From contig CAMTVK010000019.1 in NCBI GenBank assembly GCA_947085185.1, positions 21,470 through 85,469 on the forward strand: a stretch of DNA of 64,000 bases, given 5' to 3'. Source of the stretch: Candidatus Fraserbacteria bacterium (GTDB lineage: Bacteria > Bipolaricaulota > Bipolaricaulia > RBG-16-55-9 > DRXL01). The notes under the pieces were generated by a model that saw nothing but the letters and a program-made list of their open reading frames with translations, did not search any database and had not been told where the DNA came from. The position numbers and the translations under genes are program-made. This document shows, piece by piece, positions 20,574 through 30,640 of this stretch; positions within the stretch are counted from its first letter, which is position 1; each line of letters starts with the position of its first letter.

Positions 20574-21206
20574 TTACTCGTTCCCTCCTTGTCGGTGCAG
20601 AAGCGACTGAACGATTTCCCAAATCTGTTCCGCCAGCTCTTGGGCCGGGCGCGTCGCATCGAGCAAGACGCTGCGCGGGATCTTGTGCGCAAGTTCACAA
20701 TATCCCTGCCGCACGCGCTCGTGAAATGCTCGCCCCGCTCGCTCCAACCGATCGAACGCCTCCCTCTTGCGCGCCCGTGCCAGCTCGATGGGAAGATCGA
20801 GAATGATCGTGAGAGACGGCTCTATCCCATCGGTGGCTATCTCGTTCAAGTGCTGCACGAGAGCGAAGTCGAGGCCGCGACCATAGCTCTGATACGCCAA
20901 GCTCGCCAAAGCGAAGCGGTCCGAAAGCACCACGCGCCCGTCTTTGAGCGCCGGACGGAGCACCGCACGGGTCAGCTCGCTGCGCGAGGCCTCATAGAGC
21001 AAAAGCTCCGTCATGGGGTCCATCTCCAACGGGCGCTCCAGCACAATCTGCCTGATCTGCTCCCCCACAGGGGTAGACCCAGGCTCACGAAGCACAAGGG
21101 CCTCGATGCCGTACCCGCGCAAACGCTCTTGTAACGCGTGAATCTGCGTAGATTTCCCGCTGCCATCAATCCCCTCAAACACAATGAAGACGCCCTCATG
21201 GCTCAT
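20574..21206 (-). CDS. tmk: Thymidylate kinase
   Basis: FEGIDGSGKST, REPG, LSDRF..S.AYQ. Confidence 0.95.
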   Translation of the reverse strand: MSHEGVFIVFEGIDGSGKSTQIHALQERLRGYGIEALVLREPGSTPVGEQIRQIVLERPLEMDPMTELLLYEASRSELTRAVLRPALKDGRVVLSDRFALASLAYQSYGRGLDFALVQHLNEIATDGIEPSLTIILDLPIELARARKREAFDRLERAGRAFHERVRQGYCELAHKIPRSVLLDATRPAQELAEQIWEIVQSLLHRQGGNE

Positions 21207-21676
21207 ACGTGCTCCTGCTCAGTAACACCGTGATGGGCCAGCAGCGCCAAGAGCACCAAGCCCGTCCCAACAACGATCGCCGTGTCGGCGAAATTGAACA
21301 CAGGCCAACTGAAATCCTGCCAACGCAGCTCGAGAAAATCTATGACCGCGCCCCGGGTGAAACGATCTATTAAGTTCCCTAAAGCTCCCCCAGCGATACA
21401 GATCAGCCCGACGGTCAGAGCTCGGCGCTGGGGCCCCCCACACAACAACATCCCCATAATCCCTACGCTGACAATAACCCCAAGAACCGCGATCACACCC
21501 CCAAAGCCCTGAAAGAGCCCAAACGCCCCCCCCTCATTGGAAGTAAGCGTCAGACGCAAAAATCCATCTATAATTTCGACGGGTCGCCCAGGCTCTAAAG
21601 CCCTGAGAGCCAGCGCCTTGCTCACTTGATCGAGCGCTACTATCCCGGCAATGGCCAACAATCTCCGTCGCCTCAT
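21203..21676 (-). CDS. lspA: Lipoprotein signal peptidase II
   Basis: LDQVSK, NEGGAFG, GALGNLIDR, WPVFNFAD. Confidence 0.93.
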   Translation of the reverse strand: MRRRRLLAIAGIVALDQVSKALALRALEPGRPVEIIDGFLRLTLTSNEGGAFGLFQGFGGVIAVLGVIVSVGIMGMLLCGGPQRRALTVGLICIAGGALGNLIDRFTRGAVIDFLELRWQDFSWPVFNFADTAIVVGTGLVLLALLAHHGVTEQEHV

Positions 21677-21761
21677 TGGGCACAGTATAGCGACCAGAAC
21701 AAGAAAAATCAATTTGCAGTTCCGTGCTCTTTGCTTTATACTCTAACAGAGGTGAAGCCTG

Positions 21762-23399
21762 ATGACCGCTAAGCCCTGGCTCCGACATTACCCCGACGAC
21801 ATCCCACCCACCCTGAATTATCCAGAAAAGCCCCTCTATGACTTTCTCGATCGCTCCGCCCTCTCTCACGAGAGAGCGCCAGCACTCATCTTCTTCGGGC
21901 AACGGATCAGTTATGGACAGCTCCGCGAGCTCACCGATCGCTTCGCTGCAGCTCTCGCACAGATCGGAGCCAAGCCCGGCGAAAAGATCTCCCTGATGCT
22001 CCCTAACATCCCCCAGTTTGTGATCGCGTTCTATGGCGCGCTCAAAGCGGGCCTCACCGTCGTCCAGACGAACCCTCTGTACACCGAAGACGAACTCCTC
22101 GTTATATTAAAAGACTCCCAAGCCGAGACGCTCATCACGCTCGATCGCTTCTATGAAAAAGTCCTGCATGTCCGAGAGCAAACTCATCTCAAGCGCGTCA
22201 TCGTCACCGGGGTCCAAGAGTTCTTCCCCGGGTTGCTGCGCTTGGGATATCTCCTCAAAGAGCGCCCGAAGAGAATAAGACCAGCTCCTCCGAACGTCTA
22301 TCTCTTCTCTGATTTGATTCGCCATGCCCCAGCGCATCCTCCAGAGATCCCCGTGAAAAGCAGCGATATCGCACTCTTTCAGTACACAGGGGGAACGACG
22401 GGGATTCCCAAGGGGGCCATGCTCACTCATAAGAATCTCGTCGCGAACACGCTGCAAGCGTGCTCGTGGTTCCCTCGCGCCCGACCTGCCCAAGAGACGT
22501 GTCTGTGTGTGCTCCCTCTCTTCCATGTCTACGCCATGACCGTCGCGCTCAATCTCTCTATGGCGCTTGCGGCAGGGCTCATCTTGGTCCCACGCTTCCA
22601 GATAGACGAGCTCTTAAAGATCATAGATCGTGAACGCCCTACGCTCTTTCCCGGTGCCCCTACGCTCTACGCCGCTATCGCCAACCATCCACGAGTGAAA
22701 GACTATCATGTCAGTTCCATCAAAGCATGCCTCAGCGGTTCCGCCCCGCTCCCGCTGGAAGTCAAACGGCGCTTTGAAGAGCTGACCGGCGCGGCGCTCG
22801 TCGAGGGCTACGGGCTTTCAGAAGCTTCCCCGGTGACCCATTGCAACCCGCTCTATGGGAAGCAAGTGTCAGGGAGCATCGGCATCCCCCTCCCCGATAC
22901 CGACGCGAAGATCGTCGATCCAACTTCGGAGCGCGAGCTGCCCCTTGGAGAGATCGGAGAGCTCGTCGTAAGCGGCCCTCAAGTGATGGCGGGCTATTGG
23001 AACCGCCCGGAGGAGACCGCTCTTGCGCTGCGCGGCGGCTGGCTCCATACGGGCGACCTCGCGCGCATGGACCAAGACGGCTATTTCTATATCGTGGACC
23101 GCCTCAAAGAGATGATCATCTGTTCTGGATTAAAAGTCTATCCCCGCGAGGTCGAAGAGGTCTTATATAAGCATCCCAAGGTGCTCGAAGCTGCGGTCAT
23201 TGGGGTTCCCGACGCCTATCGCGGCGAGACCGTCAAGGCGCTCATCGTCCCTAAGCCCGGGACAAACCCAACAGCCGAGGAAATCAAGAGATTCTGCGCT
23301 GAGCACCTAGCCAAATATAAAGTCCCAACGATCGTCGAGTTCCGTGAAGTGCTGCCCAAGAGCATCATTGGGAAGGTTTTAAAGAAAGACCTGCGATGA
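21762..23399 (+). CDS. Long-chain fatty acid--CoA ligase
   Basis: YTGGTTGIPKG, EGYGLSE, WLHTGD, DRLKEMI, LPKSIIGKV. Confidence 0.92.
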   Translation: MTAKPWLRHYPDDIPPTLNYPEKPLYDFLDRSALSHERAPALIFFGQRISYGQLRELTDRFAAALAQIGAKPGEKISLMLPNIPQFVIAFYGALKAGLTVVQTNPLYTEDELLVILKDSQAETLITLDRFYEKVLHVREQTHLKRVIVTGVQEFFPGLLRLGYLLKERPKRIRPAPPNVYLFSDLIRHAPAHPPEIPVKSSDIALFQYTGGTTGIPKGAMLTHKNLVANTLQACSWFPRARPAQETCLCVLPLFHVYAMTVALNLSMALAAGLILVPRFQIDELLKIIDRERPTLFPGAPTLYAAIANHPRVKDYHVSSIKACLSGSAPLPLEVKRRFEELTGAALVEGYGLSEASPVTHCNPLYGKQVSGSIGIPLPDTDAKIVDPTSERELPLGEIGELVVSGPQVMAGYWNRPEETALALRGGWLHTGDLARMDQDGYFYIVDRLKEMIICSGLKVYPREVEEVLYKHPKVLEAAVIGVPDAYRGETVKALIVPKPGTNPTAEEIKRFCAEHLAKYKVPTIVEFREVLPKSIIGKVLKKDLR

Positions 23400-24031
23400 A
23401 CTGCGGCGATATCTCTCTGTGCTTTGCTGTTGCGGCTTCTCAGAGCTCGCTGAACTGGCTCACCCCACAAGAGATGCGCGCTCTGGAGCGGATCACATCC
23501 GAGCAGCATCGCCGGGACTGGCTTGCCGGACGGAAAGCCGCCAAAGAGCTTCTTCGACGATACTTTCTCTCAACAGGGCTTGCACTTAATGCAGCTCAGA
23601 TCGAGATTGCCAATGACGAGCACGGGGCCCCCTATCTTGTGAGCCCTTCTCCAGCTCCTCTCATCTCGATCGCGCACAGCGCCGGACATGGCTTCGCCGG
23701 CCTGTGCGCGCACCGTTCTATCGGAGTAGATCTCCAACAAATACGCCCAGTGCGCCCCACACTCCAAGAGCGCGTGCTCGCTGAGCACGAGCACAAGCAG
23801 CTCGCGGGCGCTAAGAGCAAAGAAGCAGAAAGAGAAGGGATACTCGTCTTCTGGGCGCTCAAGGAAGCGACCATCAAAGCTCAAAGAACTCGTCCTGCCC
23901 CAGCGTTCCGCGAGATCCTCGTGACCCTGACAACACCAGGGCACGCAGAGATCTCTTGGCGATCCCAGAGATTCACAGCCCAGTGGGGCCGCTGGAGAGG
24001 GTTCATCTGGGCCTGGGTCTCTAACTGTTGA
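23396..24031 (+). CDS. 4'-phosphopantetheinyl transferase (Sfp-like)
   Basis: LAGRKAAK, GAP, ISIAHS, GVDLQ, FWALKEA. Confidence 0.8.
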   Translation: MNCGDISLCFAVAASQSSLNWLTPQEMRALERITSEQHRRDWLAGRKAAKELLRRYFLSTGLALNAAQIEIANDEHGAPYLVSPSPAPLISIAHSAGHGFAGLCAHRSIGVDLQQIRPVRPTLQERVLAEHEHKQLAGAKSKEAEREGILVFWALKEATIKAQRTRPAPAFREILVTLTTPGHAEISWRSQRFTAQWGRWRGFIWAWVSNC

Positions 24032-26375
24032 GCTCGACGATCGTCACGCCGTCGCCGCCTTGGGTGGGCGGGGCAGACTCAAAGCTCTTCACGATGGGCA
24101 GGGTTGCCAAGTGCTTGCGAATCTCTTTGCGCAAGATGCCAGCGCCCTTGCCATGCACGATATACCCGCGCGTCAGCCCCGCTAACACTAAGCGATCTAA
24201 ATAGAGATCGAGCTCCCGGAGGGCTTCACTGACGGTCATGCCCCGCACGTTCAATTCTAATGCCGGAGCTGAAGCCACATCGAAATGCACCGAGATCGTG
24301 CGCCGCTCCGCCTCGCTCATCTGAGCGCGAGTTGGTTGGACCAAATCCGAGAGCTTGGCCCACAAGCGCAGCCCGCCCACATCCACTTCGATGCGTTCCG
24401 CAGCGACGATCTTTCGCACGACGCCGATCTTCTTAGACCCACGAAATTGCACAGGCAGCCCCTTCCGAAGCTGCTCCAAAGGGATAGGAACATCAGCGGG
24501 CTCTTGGCGGAGCTGCTGCCCTGCCTCAGCCAGACGACTGCCTAGCTCTTGGACTTCCTTGAGCTTTGCGCGCAGGCGTTCTTCATCGGCGCGCTGCTTG
24601 GCAATGTGTAAAGCCTCTTCTAAAGCCCCCCGCGCTTGTTTCAAGAGGTGCTCCAGACGGCGAAGCTCGTGAGTTAGGGCTTCTTCTTTGCGGCGGCGCA
24701 GTTCCTCAAGTTTTTGGGTATACTCGGCTTTGAGCTCTTCCAATTCGTGGGCACGCTGGCTTATCGCGAGCCGTTCGTGCGCGAGCTCGCTGCGCTCCTG
24801 CTGAAGCTTCTGAAGAACATCCTCGACCCGCACTTGCCCTTCGGTCAAGTGCGTCTTCGCCAGAGCTACAACGTGCGGCGGCACCCCAAGGCGCTCCGCA
24901 ATGATGAACGCATTGCTTGCGCCCACCCCTTCAACGATCTTATACGTGGGCGAAAGCGTCTCAATATCGAATGCGACAGAACAAGTCTTTAGCTTCGGAT
25001 GCTGATATGCGAAGTGCTTGATCGCGCTCAAATGCGTCGTAACGATAAGCTTGGCGTTGGAATCGAGCAATGTCTGTAGGAGCGCGATCCCCAAGGCTGC
25101 GCCCTCCGTAGGATCGGTGCCCGCACCAAGCTCGTCAATGAGCACCAAAGTCTGGGGATCTGCCTCGCGCAAGATCTCAACGAGATTTTTCATATGGGCA
25201 GAGAATGTACTGAGATTCTGCTGGATGGACTGCTCATCGCCGATGTCTGTAAAAATCTTCTGAAAGAGCACGATTGTGCTCTCAGGGGCAGCGGGAATGG
25301 GAATCCCCGATTGCGCCATGAGCGTCAGCAGCCCGACGGTCTTGAGCGAGACGGTCTTGCCGCCGGTGTTGGGCCCGGTGATGACCATCCCCTGGAAGGG
25401 TGCTCCCAGACGGATATCAATGGGCACAACGGCCGTCTGATCGAGCAAGGGATGGCGCGCCTCAATCAAGTGCAGGGGGCCATCTTGGGTGATCGTGGGA
25501 CGGGAGCACCGCAAGTGCAGAGCAAACTGTGCTTTCGCGTAGAGCACATCAAAGTACGCTAAGATTTTGAGGGTCTCTTCGATCTTGCGGGTTTCGGCTT
25601 GCAGTTTTTTGGTGAGCTCGCGCATGATGGCAAGCTGTTCGTCGCGGATCTCCCCGTCCAGCTCACGGATCTCATTGTTCTCAGCGACGACAGAAGTCGG
25701 CTCGACGTAGAGCGTCTGTCCAGAGTCCGAGCTGTCATGCACCACTGCATCGAGCTCATAGCGAGCATTGCTCTTGATGGGGATGACGAACCGTCCGGAG
25801 CGCCGCGTGACCACGCTATCTTGTAATACCCCAGACCATTGCCCAGACTGAATGAGAGCTTGCAACCGACGCTGGACTCGCTCTTCTAGGGTGCGCCTTC
25901 GGCTGGTCAATTCGCGTAAGCGTGGTGAAGCGCTGTCGCGGACTTGGCCGTCGTCATCAAAGACTCTTACGATATTCTCTTCCAGCTCGCGGAAGACGTG
26001 TATCCGTTCGCCAAGCTCGCGCACCTGCGGATAGTCGTCGAGGCGCATCAAGCGCTCGCGGAGGGTGCGTGCCTGACTGATAGCTTGATGGAGAGCGAGA
26101 AACTCTTCACCGCTCAGCGCAACTGTCTGATGGGCATGGTGTAAGATAGGGCGGATATCCGGCAGTGGGCCAAGTGAGAGATCCGTGGCAAGCAATGCCT
26201 CTCGCAGCTCCTCGACGCGGTCCAGCTCCCGCTGCACCGTGGACAAGTCCGCGGATGGCCGCAAGTTCTCAATGAGCTCGCGCCCCACTTCCGAGCACGC
26301 AAAGCTCTTCAGAATCTCCTTGAGTCTCTCGTACTCCAGATCTTTGAAAGTCTTGGCGCTGGTAACGATGTTCAC
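24021..26375 (-). CDS. mutS2: MutS2 ATPase/Smr endonuclease
   Basis: ITGPNTGGKT, QNLSTFS, DELGAGTDP, C-terminal Smr IVHGKG.GILR. Confidence 0.95.
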   Translation of the reverse strand: MNIVTSAKTFKDLEYERLKEILKSFACSEVGRELIENLRPSADLSTVQRELDRVEELREALLATDLSLGPLPDIRPILHHAHQTVALSGEEFLALHQAISQARTLRERLMRLDDYPQVRELGERIHVFRELEENIVRVFDDDGQVRDSASPRLRELTSRRRTLEERVQRRLQALIQSGQWSGVLQDSVVTRRSGRFVIPIKSNARYELDAVVHDSSDSGQTLYVEPTSVVAENNEIRELDGEIRDEQLAIMRELTKKLQAETRKIEETLKILAYFDVLYAKAQFALHLRCSRPTITQDGPLHLIEARHPLLDQTAVVPIDIRLGAPFQGMVITGPNTGGKTVSLKTVGLLTLMAQSGIPIPAAPESTIVLFQKIFTDIGDEQSIQQNLSTFSAHMKNLVEILREADPQTLVLIDELGAGTDPTEGAALGIALLQTLLDSNAKLIVTTHLSAIKHFAYQHPKLKTCSVAFDIETLSPTYKIVEGVGASNAFIIAERLGVPPHVVALAKTHLTEGQVRVEDVLQKLQQERSELAHERLAISQRAHELEELKAEYTQKLEELRRRKEEALTHELRRLEHLLKQARGALEEALHIAKQRADEERLRAKLKEVQELGSRLAEAGQQLRQEPADVPIPLEQLRKGLPVQFRGSKKIGVVRKIVAAERIEVDVGGLRLWAKLSDLVQPTRAQMSEAERRTISVHFDVASAPALELNVRGMTVSEALRELDLYLDRLVLAGLTRGYIVHGKGAGILRKEIRKHLATLPIVKSFESAPPTQGGDGVTIVELNS

Positions 26376-27124
26376 TTCAGGAGTCCTACGGTCAAGCCAC
26401 CATCAACGATAATGCTCTGTCCACGGATCATTTCGGCGTCGTCGCTGCAGAGAAATGCCACGACTTTGGCGATATCTTCGGGTTTGACCATCCGTCCTGC
26501 GGGGGTCAGCCGCGCGATGCGCTCTTTCTCGTCTTGGGGCATCATGTGGCTGAAGCCCGTCTCGTCCACAAGTCCTCCGCAGACGGCGTTCACCGCAATC
26601 TTAGGAGCAAGCTCGACGGCATAGCTGCGCGTGAGCGACTCAATCGCGGCTTTGGCCGCACCAAGCGCTCCGTAGTTGGGCAGATATGTGATGCTCCCTA
26701 AGCTCGTAATATTGATAATGGCACCCTGAGTCATCAGGGGAACCGTGTGCTTGATGCAGAGATTGATCGCTCTGAGATTGACGTCCCAGACGTGCTCCCA
26801 GTGCTTCTCTTCTAACTGTAACAAGGGGCGAAAGACCGCGGAAGCCGCGTTGTTCACCAAGATATCGAGCTTGCCAAACTCACTCTGAATCGCGGAGAAC
26901 ATCTGGGCGACGTCGTGTGGATCGGCGACGTCGGCTTTGATGACCAACGTGCGTCTGCCCAACTGAGTGAGCTCATGGGCGACGGCTTCGGCCTGGGCGC
27001 GGGTGCTGTTGCGCCGATGATTCAAGACAACGTCAGCGCCGCGACGGCCAAGCTCAAGCGCAATAGCTCGACCGATCCCGCGGCTCGACCCTGTGACCAG
27101 CGCGACTTTTCCCTGCAAATCCAT
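26372..27124 (-). CDS. SDR oxidoreductase (FabL-like enoyl-ACP reductase)
   Basis: TGSSRGIG, NNAASAVFRP, YLPNY..LGAAKAA. Confidence 0.75.
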   Translation of the reverse strand: MDLQGKVALVTGSSRGIGRAIALELGRRGADVVLNHRRNSTRAQAEAVAHELTQLGRRTLVIKADVADPHDVAQMFSAIQSEFGKLDILVNNAASAVFRPLLQLEEKHWEHVWDVNLRAINLCIKHTVPLMTQGAIINITSLGSITYLPNYGALGAAKAAIESLTRSYAVELAPKIAVNAVCGGLVDETGFSHMMPQDEKERIARLTPAGRMVKPEDIAKVVAFLCSDDAEMIRGQSIIVDGGLTVGLLK

Positions 27125-27254
27125 GCCCACGCAAGCATAAAGCATCTCGAGAAGCTTTGCAACTTGACGGATGCTCTTCTATCTGATAAGATTACAAGGC
27201 TCATTTCAGCACCTAACCGTCTGGATGAAGCACTCATAACAAGGAGTGATACCC

Positions 27255-28565
27255 ATGAAGCGCGTCATTATTATGGGCGCCGCCGGGCGCGATTTCCATA
27301 ACTTCAACGTGTACTTCCGCGATAACCCTAACTATAAAGTCGTCGCCTTCACTGCCACGCAAATCCCCGATATTGACGAGCGCCGCTACCCTGCTAAACT
27401 CGCAGGCAAACTCTACCCCAAAGGCATCCCCATCGAATCCGAAGAGCATTTAAGAGCACTGATAGCCGAACACGACGTCGATCTTGTGGTCTTCTCGTAT
27501 AGTGATGTCTCTCATCAGTACGTGATGGAACGGGCGAGCTGGGCCATGGCCGCCGGCGCAGATTTTATGCTCCTTGGCCCCAAATCAACCCAGCTGCACT
27601 CTAAAAAGCCCGTGATCTCCGTGACAGCTGTGCGCACCGGCTCGGGCAAAAGCCAAACCACCCGACGCGTCACAGATATCTTACGCAAGCACGGCAAACG
27701 GGTCGTGGTGGTGCGCCATCCCATGCCCTACGGCGATCTGGTCAAGCAAGAATGCCAGCGCTTCGCAAGTTTTAAAGACTTAGATCGATACGAGTGCACT
27801 ATTGAGGAGCGCGAGGAGTACGAGCCCCATCTGACCCGGGGCACAGTCGTCTACGCCGGCGTAGATTACGAGAAGATTCTGCGCATGGCCGAGCGCGAAG
27901 CCGACGTGATCGTCTGGGACGGGGGGAACAACGACTTCTCGTTCTTCGTGCCCGATCTCACGATCGTCGTCGCTGATCCGTTGCGCGCGGGGCACGAAGT
28001 CAGCTATTACCCTGGGCATATCAATCTCTTGTTGGCTGACGTCGTGGTCATCAACAAAGTAGACACGGCCGCGCGCGCTGAGGTAGAACGGGTGCGCGAG
28101 AACATCCGGAAGTTCAATCCCACCGCGAAGATCGTTGAAGCAGCTTCCCCGATCTTCGTGGAGGATCCTTCGATTATTGAGGGCAAGCGCGTCTTGGCCA
28201 TCGAAGATGGGCCGACGCTCACCCACGGCGAGATGGCCTACGGCGCGGCCACGCTCGCCGCTGAAAAGTACGGCGCCACAGAGCTCGTTGACCCCAGACC
28301 CCATGCCGTCAATTCTATTGCTGAAACGTTCAAGAAGTACCCCCATATCGGAAAGCTTCTCCCCGCCATGGGCTACGGCGATGAACAGATTAAAGACTTA
28401 GCGAAGACGATCAAGCGCACGGACTGCGATGCCGTCATCATTGGCACTCCCATCGATCTGAAGAGACTGATAAAATTTGATGTGCCCACGACGCGCGTGC
28501 TCTATGAGTTGCAAGAGATCGGCCATCCCACGCTCGAAGAAGTTCTCAAACCCTTGATAGACTGA
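27255..28565 (+). CDS. P-loop NTPase of the cyclic-2,3-diphosphoglycerate synthetase-like / arginine synthetase (ArcE-like) family
   Basis: MGAAGRDFHNFN, VRTGSGKSQ, RHPMPYG, WDGGNND, EDGPTLTHG. Confidence 0.7.
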   Translation: MKRVIIMGAAGRDFHNFNVYFRDNPNYKVVAFTATQIPDIDERRYPAKLAGKLYPKGIPIESEEHLRALIAEHDVDLVVFSYSDVSHQYVMERASWAMAAGADFMLLGPKSTQLHSKKPVISVTAVRTGSGKSQTTRRVTDILRKHGKRVVVVRHPMPYGDLVKQECQRFASFKDLDRYECTIEEREEYEPHLTRGTVVYAGVDYEKILRMAEREADVIVWDGGNNDFSFFVPDLTIVVADPLRAGHEVSYYPGHINLLLADVVVINKVDTAARAEVERVRENIRKFNPTAKIVEAASPIFVEDPSIIEGKRVLAIEDGPTLTHGEMAYGAATLAAEKYGATELVDPRPHAVNSIAETFKKYPHIGKLLPAMGYGDEQIKDLAKTIKRTDCDAVIIGTPIDLKRLIKFDVPTTRVLYELQEIGHPTLEEVLKPLID

Positions 28566-28657
28566 GACAACGGTCACCCTACGATCAGACCGAAGATCGA
28601 TCTCCCCTGCACGGGCTTCCTTGGCAGCGCGAGCAGAACTGCCTAGAGTTATCGTGT

Positions 28658-29731
28658 ATGAATCAGCTACGACGAAGCGTCGCGTGCGGGGTCTTGGTGC
28701 TCTCGTTCAGCATGCTCAGCATTGCTTCTTGGGAACAGATCGCACTGGGGCAATCTGTCTTAGGGCGTTTCATGAGCGCGCTGAGTTTTAACAACGTCGC
28801 GCCCTACTTTTTGAATGCTGAATTTCGCATTCTCTCTCGAATCAGCGTCGCCGAGGCTGCCTTCGCGACCGATACCAAGTTCGACATCACTCTCTTGCGC
28901 TGGCAGAAATTCATCGCGTCGGTGGGCGTCAATCCGCTGTCGGCGCGCAATCGCCTGACGTTCGTCAACGGATTTACGTTTGATAAGAACGAACTGGTCG
29001 CAGCGTTGAGCTTTGGCGGGGTCTCTATTGGCGTTGAGCTCATCCTCAAAAATCAAAGTCCCTCACTCGAAGTTGGGCTGGTCGTCGAAGCCGCAGCGAA
29101 GACGGAATGGTTCACGATCGCCAGTTACACCGGCTTTGGCGTCACCCAAGTCGTCGAAGACTTGGATGTAGATCAGCTGCCTATCGTGAACGAGCCCTTC
29201 GGCTTTGAACCGAGAATTGTGAAGCTGGACACGTTCAGCGAGCGCGAGCCCGACCGCGTCGTCACCGCGCCGTTTCTCTTCACTGAAGAGATCGTGGCTG
29301 CGGAATTTTATGCTCTCGATATAGCTTCTCTGAGCGTGATGACGCTCTTTACGCCGGGGGGGTTAAGAAAGCTCATCCCTGCGCTCGCGGTGAAAGTGAA
29401 CGCTCCGGCCGCGGACCTGCGCTTGCGCATGACGGTCAGCTCGACGTTCGAGTTCGTCCCGCCCGCTGTGTTCTTGACGTTCTTGCCCGTTGAGCTTCAC
29501 CTGCAGTGGAGCTTCTTCCGGTGGCGCAGCTTCACGCTCTTGGCTGATCCAGCTCCTCCAGGCCCTCCCAATGGGGTATTCTCCTTCCGACGGCAAGTCT
29601 TCCAATCGCTCTTTGAGCTTGCGTTCTTCCGGGCGTTCACGGAGATCTGCTTTGGGCCGGACTGTCCTGGAGGCTCGGGGCTAGAGTGGCGCTTTGGGGT
29701 CGAGCTGCGCTTCCTCTTCGGCGGCCCATAA
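28658..29731 (+). CDS. Hypothetical exported, beta-strand-rich (possible outer-membrane) protein
   Basis: N-terminal signal-like segment; Phe-rich amphipathic strands; ends WRFGVELRFLFGGP. Confidence 0.55.
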   Translation: MNQLRRSVACGVLVLSFSMLSIASWEQIALGQSVLGRFMSALSFNNVAPYFLNAEFRILSRISVAEAAFATDTKFDITLLRWQKFIASVGVNPLSARNRLTFVNGFTFDKNELVAALSFGGVSIGVELILKNQSPSLEVGLVVEAAAKTEWFTIASYTGFGVTQVVEDLDVDQLPIVNEPFGFEPRIVKLDTFSEREPDRVVTAPFLFTEEIVAAEFYALDIASLSVMTLFTPGGLRKLIPALAVKVNAPAADLRLRMTVSSTFEFVPPAVFLTFLPVELHLQWSFFRWRSFTLLADPAPPGPPNGVFSFRRQVFQSLFELAFFRAFTEICFGPDCPGGSGLEWRFGVELRFLFGGP

Positions 29732-29815
29732 CGAAAACGCCCCATCCTACAAGCTCCATACATACAATGTAACGTCCATCACAGGTGCTCAAAGCGATAT
29801 CGATATTCTCCCATC

Positions 29816-29844
29816 TTGACAATGTGATTTTATTATGTTATAGT
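29816..29844 (+). promoter_or_regulatory. Sigma70-type promoter upstream of the riboswitch
   Basis: TTGACA-17 nt-TATAGT. Confidence 0.75.
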
Positions 29845-29894
29845 TATTATGTCTCTGAAAGGAGGTGCAGGAGCGCAGCCCAAAGACAAAGACA

Positions 29895-29989
29895 GTCCTG
29901 ACAAAGGCAAACCGCGCGAAAGCGCGGGACGCAAAGCCACAGGCCTACGACAGTGCACACTGTTATCGGCGGCTGGGCTGCCAAAGGAC
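29895..29989 (+). ncRNA. Cyclic di-GMP-I (GEMM) riboswitch
   Basis: GGCAAACCGCGCGAAAGCGCGGGACGCAAAGCCACAGGCCT...GGCGGCTGGGCTGCC matches the GEMM-I consensus; P1 GTCCT/AGGAC. Confidence 0.92.
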
Positions 29990-29990
29990 C

Positions 29991-30509
29991 ATGAAGAAGA
30001 TGCTTGTGCTCGCTGCAGTGGTAAGCTTAGGTAGTCTGGTTTTCAGCTTGGAAAGCTCCTCGCAGGGCTCAACGAGCGCAGTGGTAACCTTTCGCATTGC
30101 GCCCTCGATGAGTCTCTCTATCTTGGGCGAGAGCACCTCTGGGAACAGCGTGGTCTCGATCTACACGATGCCGCGCCCAACTGCCCAAGAGCGTCAGGCG
30201 GGGTTTCTCGAGCGCCTCAACGCTCTCACGCTGATAGCTCGCAGCAACGTACCGTGGGCCCTGCGCGTCCGCGCTCAAGAGCCCGAGATGGGGATCAGCG
30301 ATGACGGCACGTATCATAAGCCCGTCAGCGATTTTGAGGTGCGCGCATCCAGAGGAGCATATCTCCCTGTGGCCCTGTCCGATCAGCTCCTCACCCGCGG
30401 CAGCCCCGGGGAACATCCTCTCAGCATAGACTATAGAATACGCTTAGGGCCGGAACACCGCGATGGCACCTACTCCATTACGCTGATCTATACTCTGGTC
30501 TCCCAGTAA
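29991..30509 (+). CDS. Secreted ~170-aa protein, putative fimbrial/pilin subunit
   Basis: Signal peptide MKKMLVLAAVV; RSNVPWAL; C-terminal GTYSITLIYTL strand typical of chaperone-usher subunits. Confidence 0.6.
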   Translation: MKKMLVLAAVVSLGSLVFSLESSSQGSTSAVVTFRIAPSMSLSILGESTSGNSVVSIYTMPRPTAQERQAGFLERLNALTLIARSNVPWALRVRAQEPEMGISDDGTYHKPVSDFEVRASRGAYLPVALSDQLLTRGSPGEHPLSIDYRIRLGPEHRDGTYSITLIYTLVSQ

Positions 30510-30574
30510 CCCCAGCACTTCTCGAGAGGCTTTCCCCTGCCAGAGGCCATCCCTTGGTATATCGTGTTTTCACC

Positions 30575-30603
30575 TTGACAGAGGTCTCAAGTTCGTGTAT
30601 AGT
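30575..30603 (+). promoter_or_regulatory. Sigma70-type promoter
   Basis: TTGACA-17 nt-TATAGT. Confidence 0.7.
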
Positions 30604-30640
30604 ATATTATAGCACTCAACAGAGAAGGAGGAAGAAAGCC

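Noticed and set aside
26388..26398. Match of the 19-nt spacer (ACGGTCAAGCC) to the SDR gene as self-targeting
   Set aside because: Only 11 nt match and the rest diverges; compatible with chance
29895..29989. Riboswitch as the cGAMP-sensing GEMM-Ib variant
   Set aside because: The discriminating position (Vc2 G20 equivalent) is G, not A
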